Source: Nitrosopumilaceae archaeon (GTDB lineage: Archaea; Thermoproteota; Nitrososphaeria; Nitrososphaerales; Nitrosopumilaceae). Taken from it: a stretch of 64,000 nucleotides of DNA. The stretch is from the NCBI GenBank assembly GCA_965214835.1, contig CBDCCK010000002.1, forward strand, positions 2,496,001 through 2,560,000, written 5' to 3'. How positions within the stretch are numbered: the first letter of the stretch is position 1; the number at the start of each line of letters is the position of its first letter. Under the pieces are notes generated by a model that did no database searches, was not told the DNA's origin, and saw only the letters and a program-made list of their open reading frames with translations. This document shows, in pieces, positions 1 through 10,047 of this stretch. A program made the position numbers and the translations under genes.

Positions 1-2
1 TT

Positions 3-719
3 ACAGAATATGTTGAAAAATACATTGGTGATAGTAATGAAAAAAATGAAAAGCTTGATGAATGGTATAAATCCATGCCTAATATGAAATTAGTTCACAG
101 ACAGAATGAACCATCATACATGAAAGAAGATGGCGTTGTCCGCGAAGTACGGTATTATAGGACAGTAAAAGATAAACCACAAAAGGCGCAAAGAATGGAA
201 AAATTACAAGACCATCTTGAAGAGACAGAAGGCGTGACAAGGAAGATTCTAGAAGGCTTTTCACATGTGCATTCCAACATAAAAGATGCAGTAATTACAG
301 CCGCAAGATACCATGATCTCGGCAAGGACAACGAGCATTGGCAGAAATGCATGTGGATAGAAGAAGCCGAAAGACCCCTAGCAAAATCCGGAAATAAAAA
401 AAGACCCATGTCTCTTGGTGGCTTTAGACATGAGTTATTATCCACTCACATGGCACTTAAAAATGACGACAAAGTACGCAATCATGCAGAGAAGGATCTA
501 ATACTACATCTGATAGCGTCACATCACGGCTGGGCCCGTCCGTGTTTTCGTCCCGAAGCTACAAGGCACACAGGCTTAGAACGCAATAATTCCATATTAT
601 TGGAAATTGCCACAAGATACTCACAATTACAAAAAAGATTTGGTTCGTTCGGCCTTGCATGGTTGGAGGGACTAGTGAGAGGATCAGACTGGACTGCATC
701 AGACGGGGAGAAAGTATGA
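3..719 (+). CDS. cas3: Type I-G (I-U) Cas3, C-terminal HD nuclease domain (gene starts before the window)
   Basis: Frame open from position 3. Motifs LQDHLEET, YHDLGK, GGFRHELLS, LIASHHG and terminal LVRGSDW. An HD domain at the C-terminus is typical of I-G. Stop overlaps the next ATG (ATGA). Confidence 0.88.
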   Translation, partial: TEYVEKYIGDSNEKNEKLDEWYKSMPNMKLVHRQNEPSYMKEDGVVREVRYYRTVKDKPQKAQRMEKLQDHLEETEGVTRKILEGFSHVHSNIKDAVITAARYHDLGKDNEHWQKCMWIEEAERPLAKSGNKKRPMSLGGFRHELLSTHMALKNDDKVRNHAEKDLILHLIASHHGWARPCFRPEATRHTGLERNNSILLEIATRYSQLQKRFGSFGLAWLEGLVRGSDWTASDGEKV

Positions 720-1474
720 CTGCAAATTTAAAACTCCATGAATTTTCAATTCCGGTAAACCCCAACAATCCAGGACATTATTTTGCATGTTGCGGCATAC
801 TGTATATGGCAGATCGTGTTTTTGATGTTGCGACTGGGCATTTTAATGACGGATGTTTTGTTCTGCAAACTAACCATGATGGAAATCCACTCGAGTATAT
901 GATAAAGCAGATTTCAATGTTGGAAATCAAGAATGTGAATGAAACTAACGAGTCTCCAATAGAACTAAAGAACGAAAACGTAAAAATATACTTAGATTTT
1001 TGGGATCATTTTGATGATAGGCCCAAAATAAAATTATTTGCAGGGAGAGAAAAATCAAAAGAAATAATTGACAGATGGCAGGAGGAGTTAAAAAAAGTAG
1101 AAATTGAGGGAGCAAATATTTTCAAGATTAGTACAAAAAATCTCCCGTCTGGGTTTGACACATCTACAGCATGGAACTCGCTAGATGTGGGATTTTCACT
1201 AAACGAACATAAGAAAATGAAGGATAACATGACTTCATATCCCGTAGTTGAGTTTTTTGCACATATTGGGGCGCAAATGTTTGGATACAGCATACGTGAA
1301 CACAGATACTACTATCAAGTATGGAAGCATCCATTGCCTATTCAGACTGCTATGGCAGTTGCAGCCGGCGCAATTGAGTTGGCGCATACTCAGCTATTTA
1401 TGTCCAATACAAAAAAGAGTGGACAAAAGCAAGTATTTATACCTGCAAAGAGGTACTTAGTCAACTATGAGTGA
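716..1474 (+). CDS. Short type I-G Cas8 large subunit (Cas8g/Cas8u2/Csb3-like), 252 aa
   Basis: N-terminal PVNPNNPGHYFACCG and AWNSLDVGFSL motifs. Lies between cas3 and cas7 with overlapping stop/start codons. Confidence 0.72.
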   Translation: MTANLKLHEFSIPVNPNNPGHYFACCGILYMADRVFDVATGHFNDGCFVLQTNHDGNPLEYMIKQISMLEIKNVNETNESPIELKNENVKIYLDFWDHFDDRPKIKLFAGREKSKEIIDRWQEELKKVEIEGANIFKISTKNLPSGFDTSTAWNSLDVGFSLNEHKKMKDNMTSYPVVEFFAHIGAQMFGYSIREHRYYYQVWKHPLPIQTAMAVAAGAIELAHTQLFMSNTKKSGQKQVFIPAKRYLVNYE

Positions 1475-2534
1475 TTTTTCTTCCACGGTTGAAAAATGGA
1501 TTAAGAGTGATTTATCCGCCATAGTGTTAAGAGAACACCTTATTCCGGTAGAAGGCAAAGACTCGCCATTCTTCCCCCCCACATTTGCAGGAGATGATGG
1601 CGATAAAGGTGGATACTGCATTGACACTATGAAAGACGGCACCAAAACATGCCTGATAGACACGGTCGGTTCACAAGCAAATAGAATGGAACCAATGTTT
1701 ACAGACAAGGAATATTCCAAGTTGATTCCCCAGATTACCATAAAATATGGTCAGAATGGCGGCATGGTAAACATGTGCGAGGTAGGGCACAGAGCAGCTG
1801 ATGCACTACTTAGAAATTCAGACATTTACGATGATCTGCTAAAAGAGGCGCTAGAGGACATTCCAAGTGACCCAAGCAAAATTGCAAAGATTGCACCAAC
1901 ATCCTTGGTATTTGGTTTATGGGATTCGAGGGGATCACAGGTAAAAACCCCCAGAATTGTTTCCTCTGTAATACGAGCATATGATATAGATGAACTACGA
2001 AGATCGGCGCAATATACACCACCTGTTAACTATGTGGAGGAGGAATTGCTAGATGAATATGGAAGCGACAAGAAAGAAAAAGAGGCACGTTCAAGTTTGG
2101 GGTTCCACGACAACCCGTCAGTCAACACACATGGAGGAATCATAGCTCGTGGTGACATACGCAAGGACACAGTCATAAATTTTGCCGCACTTCGTAAAAT
2201 TACCCTGGAGGATGAAAGTGAAGAGATGAAATTGCAAAAATACATTCTAGGCCTATCCCTGGTTGCGGCAACATACAAACAAGATGGATATCTCAGGCAG
2301 GGTTGCATACTAGTCGTAGATCCAGAACAACCGTCTTCAGAGTGGGATCTCGTATATCCAGACGGAAAACGAGAGAAAACGAGTATAGATCACGACGTTG
2401 TTAAAAAATTTGCCCAAGATGCGGCAAATGTGTTTGGAATTGGAGAAGATAAAGAAGTGAAATTTAACGAAAAAAAAAGTAAAGAAGAGATTAAAACAAA
2501 AAAAGACGAAGGCAAAAAAAGTAAAGGAAAATGA
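1467..2534 (+). CDS. cas7: Type I-G Cas7 (Csb1)
   Basis: FFPPTFA, CLIDTVGSQANRME, HRAADA, PTSLVFGLWDS and GYLRQGC motifs characteristic of Csb1. Confidence 0.92.
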   Translation: MSDFSSTVEKWIKSDLSAIVLREHLIPVEGKDSPFFPPTFAGDDGDKGGYCIDTMKDGTKTCLIDTVGSQANRMEPMFTDKEYSKLIPQITIKYGQNGGMVNMCEVGHRAADALLRNSDIYDDLLKEALEDIPSDPSKIAKIAPTSLVFGLWDSRGSQVKTPRIVSSVIRAYDIDELRRSAQYTPPVNYVEEELLDEYGSDKKEKEARSSLGFHDNPSVNTHGGIIARGDIRKDTVINFAALRKITLEDESEEMKLQKYILGLSLVAATYKQDGYLRQGCILVVDPEQPSSEWDLVYPDGKREKTSIDHDVVKKFAQDAANVFGIGEDKEVKFNEKKSKEEIKTKKDEGKKSKGK

Positions 2535-4639
2535 GCGCACAGGGTTTGGTTCAACCCAAAACAAACATCAAGTACATCGTTTTTCAAGTTAACTTTCTAT
2601 TGGATAGGTATCATGGAAAAGAATGGCCACCATCTCCACGTCGCTTTTTTTTAGCTATGATTGCAGCGCTACACCAAGGCTCCAAGAGACGGATAGACAC
2701 AAAACTCGGTATCGATGCACTAAAGTTCTTAGAGAATCTTTTGCCCCCCACGATTTATGCACCGTACGAACAGAATGGGTGCAACTATGCATTATTTGTT
2801 CCAAATAATGATTTAGACATAATTAAAAAAGATTTGAAGAATGTTTTGACAAACAGAACCATGCAGATGAAAAAAATAGGAGCCAGAAAAAACGCAAAGC
2901 CGTACATAATCGATGGCACCATCAAATATTCGTGGGAAGTTGACGCATCAGAACCAGACCTAGACAAACATGTAGATCTGTTAAAAAAAATAGCAAGGGA
3001 GATTACCGTGTTGGGGTGGGGAATAGATCCGGTTGTAGTAGACTGCAGATTGTTTGATGAAGTCACGAATTCAAGAGGAGTAGAGTGTTATAGATACGAT
3101 GAGCATAGTGAAGAAGAGTTGATAGAGGTGCCAGTCAACGGACTTTTAGAAGATGCAAAACGTCATCATGTTGAATGGTGCAAGAGAATAGAGACTAATG
3201 GGGGATTTTGTCAGCCAAACCCGATTACAAAGTCTGCAAGTATGCCATATAGAAAAGACAGGCATGCAATATATGACATAAAAGGATTTGCGATTAAAAA
3301 CGTTGATGATGAGAACGGGCAAAAATCAAGAAAGCGTATGCAAGTAATCACAGTTGAGGAAGTAGGGAAGATCATACATGAGGTTAATTCAGAGAAGGAC
3401 AAAGCCATAAAAAGTGTAGCGGCGGGCAGAGAATCTAAAATAAATACTATTCCACTACCGAGCATAGGCTCCAGCAAGTCAGATGCAAAAATACGCCGTA
3501 TTGGGTTTTTAGTTCCATCACACATGCAAAACAGCGTTAAAGATGCACTTTCTTTCCTAGATGGCGAGATCATAAAAAGTGGTGGAAGTGAATGGCAGTT
3601 TAGATCGATAAAAAAAGACGACGGGGTGTTGAGGGCTTACAAGGGAAAATCAAAGACATGGTGTTCCATAACGCCGTTAGAATTAGATGTAAAGTATGAT
3701 GCAAGTCGTGAGGAGATCTTAGATTCCATAATGCAAAAAATGTACGACATTGCAACAGAAATAGATTTTATTGATTTCAGAAAAGAACCTTATTGGAGCG
3801 GCCTTCCAAAAATTGTCAATCACCATGATGATAAATTTAGAACGTATGTTGATGTGGAATTTAAGAATCCCATCAAAGGTCCGCTTGTTCTCGACAATTC
3901 CCATGCCGATGGAAAAGGAGTGTTTGCCCCAAAAGATCTTCCAGATGTGGCACATTATGCCATACATACTCCCATACCTAAGGAAAAAACAATAACGGTT
4001 GGAGATCAAATGCGCCGGGCGGTAATGTCAAAATTACCCAAGATTATACCCACATCAATATCTGGCCACAGTGGTAGTAAAAGAGCAACAAATCACAGAC
4101 ATGCATTCTGGTTACCGATTGACATAAACCAAGATGGGATGATAGATCACATCATAGTGTACCTCCCTGACGGATTCAACAATACTGAAAGGCATGCCTG
4201 CGGTATGGTTAATGCTTTGTTTGGTAAGGACGATACAAAAACGAGACTGGTTTTCCTGGGATTTTCTAGCAGAAAAAAATTGCTGAGGAAAATTCCGATG
4301 TTTAACAGCGCTTATAAATGGAAAAGTATATCACCGTATTTTATGCCAAAGCATTCAAAAAAAAGATATGGTGTAATAGAGCAAATAAAAGAGGAATGTG
4401 TGAAACGAGGATTGTCAGAGCCAGAAATAACATCATGCAGTACATGGATGCAGCAAGACTCCAAAAACCGCCATGTGAGAAATTTTAATTTCAATAGGAA
4501 CGGACGGCAGCCCCCAAACACAATAGGGCATTTTCTGGAGATAAAGTTCCCAGATAAGGTTACAGGTCCTCTCAATCTTGGATACGGATGTCATTTTGGC
4601 TTGGGCATGTTTGCCCCAGAAGAACCTCAAGGAACATAG
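2531..4639 (+). CDS. csb2: Type I-G Cas5/Cas6 fusion Csb2, long form (702 aa)
   Basis: RYHGKEWPPSPRRFFLAM, FVPNND and LGWGID in the Cas5 part; terminal GPLNLGYGCHFGLGMF Cas6 G-rich loop. Confidence 0.9.
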   Translation: MSAQGLVQPKTNIKYIVFQVNFLLDRYHGKEWPPSPRRFFLAMIAALHQGSKRRIDTKLGIDALKFLENLLPPTIYAPYEQNGCNYALFVPNNDLDIIKKDLKNVLTNRTMQMKKIGARKNAKPYIIDGTIKYSWEVDASEPDLDKHVDLLKKIAREITVLGWGIDPVVVDCRLFDEVTNSRGVECYRYDEHSEEELIEVPVNGLLEDAKRHHVEWCKRIETNGGFCQPNPITKSASMPYRKDRHAIYDIKGFAIKNVDDENGQKSRKRMQVITVEEVGKIIHEVNSEKDKAIKSVAAGRESKINTIPLPSIGSSKSDAKIRRIGFLVPSHMQNSVKDALSFLDGEIIKSGGSEWQFRSIKKDDGVLRAYKGKSKTWCSITPLELDVKYDASREEILDSIMQKMYDIATEIDFIDFRKEPYWSGLPKIVNHHDDKFRTYVDVEFKNPIKGPLVLDNSHADGKGVFAPKDLPDVAHYAIHTPIPKEKTITVGDQMRRAVMSKLPKIIPTSISGHSGSKRATNHRHAFWLPIDINQDGMIDHIIVYLPDGFNNTERHACGMVNALFGKDDTKTRLVFLGFSSRKKLLRKIPMFNSAYKWKSISPYFMPKHSKKRYGVIEQIKEECVKRGLSEPEITSCSTWMQQDSKNRHVRNFNFNRNGRQPPNTIGHFLEIKFPDKVTGPLNLGYGCHFGLGMFAPEEPQGT

Positions 4640-4736
4640 TAGTGTCTTTGTTATAATGGCGATCAAAAGTTTTCAAATGCATACGGGTATGAACTACGCA
4701 CGAATGCGCTTTTTGGTGATCAAAGACTTTCAACTG

Positions 4737-4824
4737 TAGTGCGCACAATTGAAAATGGGATATTTTCTTATCGAAATAGGTACGATATGTCAAAATTGTG
4801 TTACAATTTTTGATGCGTGTACTA
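4737..4824. mobile_element. Degenerate 88-bp IS630-type MITE
   Basis: Ends TAGTGCGCACA...TGCGTGTACTA. Aligns along its length with the 88-bp copy at 30938-31025 (AATTGAAAA; AAATAGGyACGAyrTGTCAAAA). Confidence 0.6.
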
Positions 4825-4863
4825 TGTAACCATGTACATGTTCAGGATTTCGGCAGGGCAGTT

Positions 4864-7800
4864 CTACCTGATCATCTTTGCATCACAAATGCTGTGATAC
4901 GAGCAAAACAGGCACGACCGGAAGCTCGGCGTGGGCCCAAAGTCCTCCTTGAGGACGTCCTCTGCCATCTCCTTTATCGACTCCATGGATTCGGCCACCG
5001 ATTCCTCAGTTATATCGTACTCGACCATCCTGTCCTTTTCGAGGTAGAACAGCGATGCCTTTGCCGGCAGGGCCCCCATTATCTTCTCGACTGCCTTGGC
5101 GTAGATGTTCAGCTGGTGATCCGCCCTTGCCTTGTCCTTGGACTTTGCCGACGAGCCGGACTTGAAGTCCACCACCTCGTATTTCCCGTCCGGATTCCTC
5201 TCCAGCCTGTCTATCCTGCCCGTAAACGTGATCCCACCTATTTTTACCTCGAATGGAACCTCCGTTCCCACCACCTCGTTTTGCGTCTTGGCATCCCACC
5301 TCAGATATGCCTCGATCATCTGCTCGGCCCTCCCCATCGCCTTGCCCTCGTCTGCCCGGCTCGGATACGAGCGGAAGATCCACCTGTCCCTGAGTATCTC
5401 CATCCCCCTCTCCCTTGTCGGCGCCTCCCCCCTTGTCTTCATCTCGGCCATGACCCGGACCACGTCATGTATGACAGAGCCAAGATCAAGTGAGGCGCTT
5501 GCCTTCTGCGGCACCCGGAGGATCTTCTGGTACTTGAACTTTAGAGGGCAGTCCTCAAAGGCGGCTATGCTGCTAGGCGACAGCGTAAACGTATCCATGT
5601 TGATCAGCTGCCGCCGCGCACCGGGCATCTCGGGGGACAAATCAAGGTCGTCTACGTCTATCTTCAGCACGTCCCCGGGGACAAACCCCCCGAGGCTGCC
5701 GTGCTTTTCACGGTGCCTCATCCCTGCAAGCTCGACTATTCTGTGGACTGCCGTGGTCAGGTGCATCTGGTTTACGGCCCTGACTGCCTCCGCCTGAAGG
5801 CGCGACCTTGCCCTCTCTATCGCATCCCCGTGTACAGCATAAGGCTCCCCGGACTCTTCAAAGTCAGTCACCCTGACTCGCGGGTTGTTCTCATAGTCCA
5901 GCTCCTCCAGAAACTGCGAGGGCTTGTTCTCGCTTACTTTATCCGTGTAACGCCGCGGATACAGCAGGAACAGCCGGTTCATGGCGCGCGTCACCGAGAC
6001 GTAAAACAGCCTCCTCTCCTCCTCCGTGTGGAGCTCCTCGGTGTCTGCTATCCGATCCGCGCCCCTCAAAAGGTCCCTTGGCACGTCAAACAGGCGATCC
6101 CTCCACTTTACCGGAAACCTTCCCATTACAAGGTCTGTCACAAAGACTATTGGAAACTCCTTTCCTTTGCTCTTGTGCATCGTCATGACGCTGACGGCAT
6201 CTTCTGACGCCATGTCCTCGATCTCTATATCAAACTCCCCCGTGATCCTGACGTGCTCCAGAAACTCCGACAGCGGGCTGGTCGGATAGATGTCCTGAAA
6301 CTCTTGCGCGATCTCATAGAACTTGTTCAGGAGCAGGATGTTCCTTCTGTCACGCTCCCCGTCCGAGTCTACAGATCTCTTGTACAGGTCAGAGACGCCA
6401 AACATTATTTCATATACAAGCTCGCTTATCGTTGCGCTGCCTGCAAGATCTATAACCCTGTCTATCTGCCCCACAAGCTCGGCAATCTCGGACTTTTGCG
6501 TGACTGCAAAGTTCCCGTGCTTTCTGACCGTGTCCAGTACAAAGTCCTGCTCTCCGGCATGGGCGCGCATTGCCCTCATATGTGCCTCGCGCGTGAGGAC
6601 GGCGATGTTTTGTTCGGAGATCCCGTGGTTTTTGAGCAGCTTGAAGATCTCCATGCCAGACGTCGTGGGCGAGTCTGCCATTCTCAGGAACGCAAGCAGG
6701 TCCAGTATGGCCGGATTGGCAAGGATGTTGACCTCGCCGGCAAAGGTGGCGGGGATTCCAAGCGAGCGCATAGATTTTACATATTGCAAGCCCTCTGCCT
6801 TGCTCCTTGACAGGACCGCAATGTCCCCGTACGTGATCCTTCTCACCGTGCCGTCGCGTCTCTGCAGGTTCTGGCCGACGGACTCGCGGACGGTCCTTGC
6901 CACAAACTCTCCCTGTCCTGCCTCCGTGAGGGTCCTCACCACGCTGACGGGATCCCCGTCCTCCTCGTCAGAATAGAGTCGCTTTTTCTCTCTGTTTTTC
7001 ACGGCTGCCAGCAGCTGGCGTGCAAGCTCTACGATGTTTTTGGTGCTGCGGTAGTTCCTGACAAGCCTGCTCTTTTTCAGGCCCGCATACGCCTCCTCAA
7101 ACTCCCTGAAGATTCCACGGTACGCACCTTGGAACCCCATGATGCACTGATCATCGTCTCCGACCGCCGTTATATTTTTGGATCCGGCCAGCAGCTTGAC
7201 CAGCTCCATCTGTGAAAAGTTGTTGTCCTGAAACTCGTCTATCAGGATGTGCCTGAATCTGTCCCGGTACCCTTGCAGGATCACGGGATCCCTCCTCAGC
7301 AGCCTGACTGCCTCGGCCACCATGTCGTCAAAGTCGATCAGGTTCCTTTCCTTGCGATGGTCCTCGTATGCCCGGTATATCTTGTTGAACTCGTTCAGCC
7401 TGTGGTAGTATTTCAGTTGTTCCTGCACGTCCCGTCCCTTTGTGTCCTTGCCGTTCAGCCCATCCAGGGTAGAATCGATGTGGCTCTGCAGCTCTGCCGG
7501 CGTGATCATCTCCTCCTTGTAGGAGGCGATTGCCCTGAGGGCCGCAGTGTAGACCCGGATCTGGTTGCTGCCTATGGCCAGGCGATTGGCGTCAAGACCA
7601 AACCTGTCTGTGTTCTTTATGCACCAGACAAGCTGCGACGTCTTTTTGAAGATCCTAGTTGTCCTTTCCAGTCCTGACTCTACAAAGTTGTCCTCCAGGA
7701 TCTCCTTTGCAAGCGAATGAAACGTGCCTATCTTTACATCTGTGACCCCCTCTTTTTCCAGCCTTTGCCTCATCTCGCCTGCCGCCTTTGTGGTAAAGGT

Positions 7801-8001
7801 CATGCACAGGACAGAGTCCTGGGGGACGCCTGACCTTGCCAAATTGAGCACCTTTGCGGCGATGACGCGGGTCTTTCCGCTGCCGGGCCCTGCAATGATG
7901 AGCAGTGGACCCTCGACATGTTTTGCCGCAGATTCCTGCTGCTCGTCTAGCTGAAAATCCAAGCAATCCCCCGACATGATCCGTACACCTGATGCGCTCA
8001 C
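4864..8001 (-). CDS. UvrD/PcrA-family SF1 helicase fused to a C-terminal PD-(D/E)xK (AddB/Cas4-like, Fe-S) nuclease
   Basis: AGPGSGKT, ILIDEFQD, VGDDDQCIMGFQGA, NYRS, TMHKSKGKEF, EERRLFYVSVTRA; then CPLKF, GRIDRLE, VVDFKSG, CLFCSYHSIC. Confidence 0.92.
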   Translation of the reverse strand: MSASGVRIMSGDCLDFQLDEQQESAAKHVEGPLLIIAGPGSGKTRVIAAKVLNLARSGVPQDSVLCMTFTTKAAGEMRQRLEKEGVTDVKIGTFHSLAKEILEDNFVESGLERTTRIFKKTSQLVWCIKNTDRFGLDANRLAIGSNQIRVYTAALRAIASYKEEMITPAELQSHIDSTLDGLNGKDTKGRDVQEQLKYYHRLNEFNKIYRAYEDHRKERNLIDFDDMVAEAVRLLRRDPVILQGYRDRFRHILIDEFQDNNFSQMELVKLLAGSKNITAVGDDDQCIMGFQGAYRGIFREFEEAYAGLKKSRLVRNYRSTKNIVELARQLLAAVKNREKKRLYSDEEDGDPVSVVRTLTEAGQGEFVARTVRESVGQNLQRRDGTVRRITYGDIAVLSRSKAEGLQYVKSMRSLGIPATFAGEVNILANPAILDLLAFLRMADSPTTSGMEIFKLLKNHGISEQNIAVLTREAHMRAMRAHAGEQDFVLDTVRKHGNFAVTQKSEIAELVGQIDRVIDLAGSATISELVYEIMFGVSDLYKRSVDSDGERDRRNILLLNKFYEIAQEFQDIYPTSPLSEFLEHVRITGEFDIEIEDMASEDAVSVMTMHKSKGKEFPIVFVTDLVMGRFPVKWRDRLFDVPRDLLRGADRIADTEELHTEEERRLFYVSVTRAMNRLFLLYPRRYTDKVSENKPSQFLEELDYENNPRVRVTDFEESGEPYAVHGDAIERARSRLQAEAVRAVNQMHLTTAVHRIVELAGMRHREKHGSLGGFVPGDVLKIDVDDLDLSPEMPGARRQLINMDTFTLSPSSIAAFEDCPLKFKYQKILRVPQKASASLDLGSVIHDVVRVMAEMKTRGEAPTRERGMEILRDRWIFRSYPSRADEGKAMGRAEQMIEAYLRWDAKTQNEVVGTEVPFEVKIGGITFTGRIDRLERNPDGKYEVVDFKSGSSAKSKDKARADHQLNIYAKAVEKIMGALPAKASLFYLEKDRMVEYDITEESVAESMESIKEMAEDVLKEDFGPTPSFRSCLFCSYHSICDAKMIR

Positions 8002-8143
8002 CGGTATTTCCTATTTTACTGTAGGCCCAAAGACTGGCGGGGACTGCTATGTTCATACTCTTCATCCCCGATGCAGAGGACGCCTATGAGGCGATGCGGA
8101 TTATGGCAGTCGTTTCGTCTCTTTGCCGCCACTTGGAACCAAC

Positions 8144-8185
8144 GTAACAGGATAGCCCCTGCCTAGGCAGCAATCGGGCACGAAT
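8144..8185 (+). repeat. 42-bp dispersed IS66-like end sequence (GTAACAGGATAG...GGCACGAAT)
   Basis: Near-identical to 53415-53456; inverted, diverged copy at about 63592-63634. Confidence 0.7.
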
Positions 8186-8375
8186 CACGACGGTTTGCCG
8201 TAACTCCAAAATGACCCCATAGTCTCCCACACGCAGTCTATGCAACGAGGAGCCAACCTGCCTAGTCGCTGCCTTGAACGGATCCTCATATGCACATTCC
8301 AGAAGAGTCATAAATCCATCGGCTGTACCTTCTGTCTATTTTTTCCAGCCTCCTCACTGATCTGTCGTACAACAT
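8186..8375 (-). pseudogene. RelE/ParE-family toxin remnant (frameshifted, 3'-truncated)
   Basis: MLYDRSVRRLEKIDRRYSRWI in one frame and YEDPFK...HRLRVGDYGVIL in another; RLRVGDY is a RelE motif. Cut off by the 42-bp repeat. Confidence 0.65.
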
Positions 8376-8638
8376 CAGGTTCTATGTAAAGCGCCTGGGG
8401 AACTTTTCTCCACAGTCTTCCCAAAAGCAACCCAAAAAATGGCTCCAAACCGTGAAACAGCTCAAGCCAAACTGCCTGCAGATCCGCATACCACCGTCTG
8501 CACCACAGTGAGTCATGTTACTTCTGGGAAGACTGAGTTAGAAGAAAAGTGTAAAAGCCAGGCAAAAGCAGAAACCGGCCAGAAAACGCGGCGCCTCGAA
8601 CCGTGCCCGGCGACACGGTAGGTGGACGGCAGTTCCGC

Positions 8639-9541
8639 TCACGCTCCTCCTAGCTGCCCATATGCATCCTTTGCGGCGGCAGTGATCTTCTCGCGCAACA
8701 GCATGCTGCCATCTAGGAACTCCCTCGGATCCACCTCCAAGAACCCACAATCGCCACGCTTCAACATCCGTTTTTCCTTGGACTGCATGACTATCTTACG
8801 TCCCCTCCGGCCGACACAGTTTGGACTCTCGCACCGGGGCATGTTTACGGCATCCTCAAACGCCCTTTCCAGATTTGAGATGCACCTGTCTTGGCTGCCC
8901 TCATACCAGCCATACTGCTTTACGCCGTATGCAATGCCATGATACAACACACGCATCGGACTCTCTCCACCACGAAGATCCCGTGGGTTCGGAATGACAT
9001 CAGAATGCATGTCTGAGACGCTCCAGCAGTTTGACTTTGTGATCACGCACGACAGGGGGGCAAAAAACTCTGATTTCTCGGACATCGGGGCCGTCATTAT
9101 CCCGTACTTTTTGCTCAGGCCCAGGATGAAAGGCACGCCACGTTTTTTTACCATCTTTCTGGCATCCTTGAGCGCCCCAGTTAGTTGGAGTCTTCCCTCT
9201 GAAATGAATCTCAGGTGCCCGTATTTGATTATTCCATTTGCCAGAAAGTCATGCATCCTCGGGATCATTTCGTCGACTGTGTATCTGGCCCATCCTACGT
9301 TGTCCCAGAACTCTCCTTCTAGCTCCCTCTCGAGTCCGGCCCGACTGGAATTCTTCTTTGCCACCCCACACACAAACACGTGGATGTCCCTTGGATCAGA
9401 AAGGGCAACCATGTTCCCGTCCACGTCCTCGCCTATGCGAACTGATATGTCATGCTTTTCGGACATGCGCAGGGCGTCTTCAAGTACGCTCCTGATTTTT
9501 GCCCCGTCCCATGAGGAATCGACACGCCCGTAGGATCTCAC
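8639..9541 (-). CDS. Hypothetical protein (300 aa)
   Basis: Long ORF with plausible composition; no recognised motif. Confidence 0.6.
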   Translation of the reverse strand: MRSYGRVDSSWDGAKIRSVLEDALRMSEKHDISVRIGEDVDGNMVALSDPRDIHVFVCGVAKKNSSRAGLERELEGEFWDNVGWARYTVDEMIPRMHDFLANGIIKYGHLRFISEGRLQLTGALKDARKMVKKRGVPFILGLSKKYGIMTAPMSEKSEFFAPLSCVITKSNCWSVSDMHSDVIPNPRDLRGGESPMRVLYHGIAYGVKQYGWYEGSQDRCISNLERAFEDAVNMPRCESPNCVGRRGRKIVMQSKEKRMLKRGDCGFLEVDPREFLDGSMLLREKITAAAKDAYGQLGGA

Positions 9542-9842
9542 AGCAAAATATCACATGCATGTTATTTAACCTCTTAAAAATCGGAACCGACAGTGCCATA
9601 CGACGCGGAGAGGCCACGTCTCATCTCCCTTCCTCCTTGCCGGCCAGGAGTAAAAACCACAGCTGCAAAGCAGCAGGGTTGGCTTGAGATTGCCAGATTC
9701 AAATAACGCACAGGCAACCTGCACCAAATCGACAGATCAGGATGCCTGCAGATAACAGATCGTCTGCAAGCCACCTGGCAGGCGTGCAGAAAAATCCAGG
9801 CGTCTGCGGTTCCTGATTCCGGATCACCCCAGCCCCTGTTTT

Positions 9843-9952
9843 GCGCAGCTTAGCAGGCTCTAAAAGCCGTCTCTGATTTCAGGCACAAATTCTATTTGAT
9901 TGGCATCACCAGTAGTAAAATCCATGCCTGAACTTCGAGCCCGAGCTGTTAT
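9843..9952 (+). mobile_element. Degenerate IS66-type MITE copy
   Basis: Right end GCCTGAACTTCGAGCCCGAGCTGTTAT and internal CTGATTTCAGGCAC match the 111-bp family; left end is eroded. Confidence 0.55.
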
Positions 9953-10047
9953 CTTTGAGCCGGCTCCTGTATCCATAGCCTGTCATCTTGAACGTCTTGA
10001 CCACGAGAGTCGATCCAAAGTTTGCTAATTTTGAGTCGCCTTCCTGC

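Noticed and set aside
4657-4755. Possible degenerate CRISPR mini-array or CreA-like RNA after csb2 (two TTTCAA-containing motifs, one ending ATTGAAA)
   Set aside because: The second 'repeat' is mostly the left end of the 88-bp IS630-type MITE, also found at 30938. The remaining match (19/25) is weak in AT-rich DNA and lacks an I-G hairpin.
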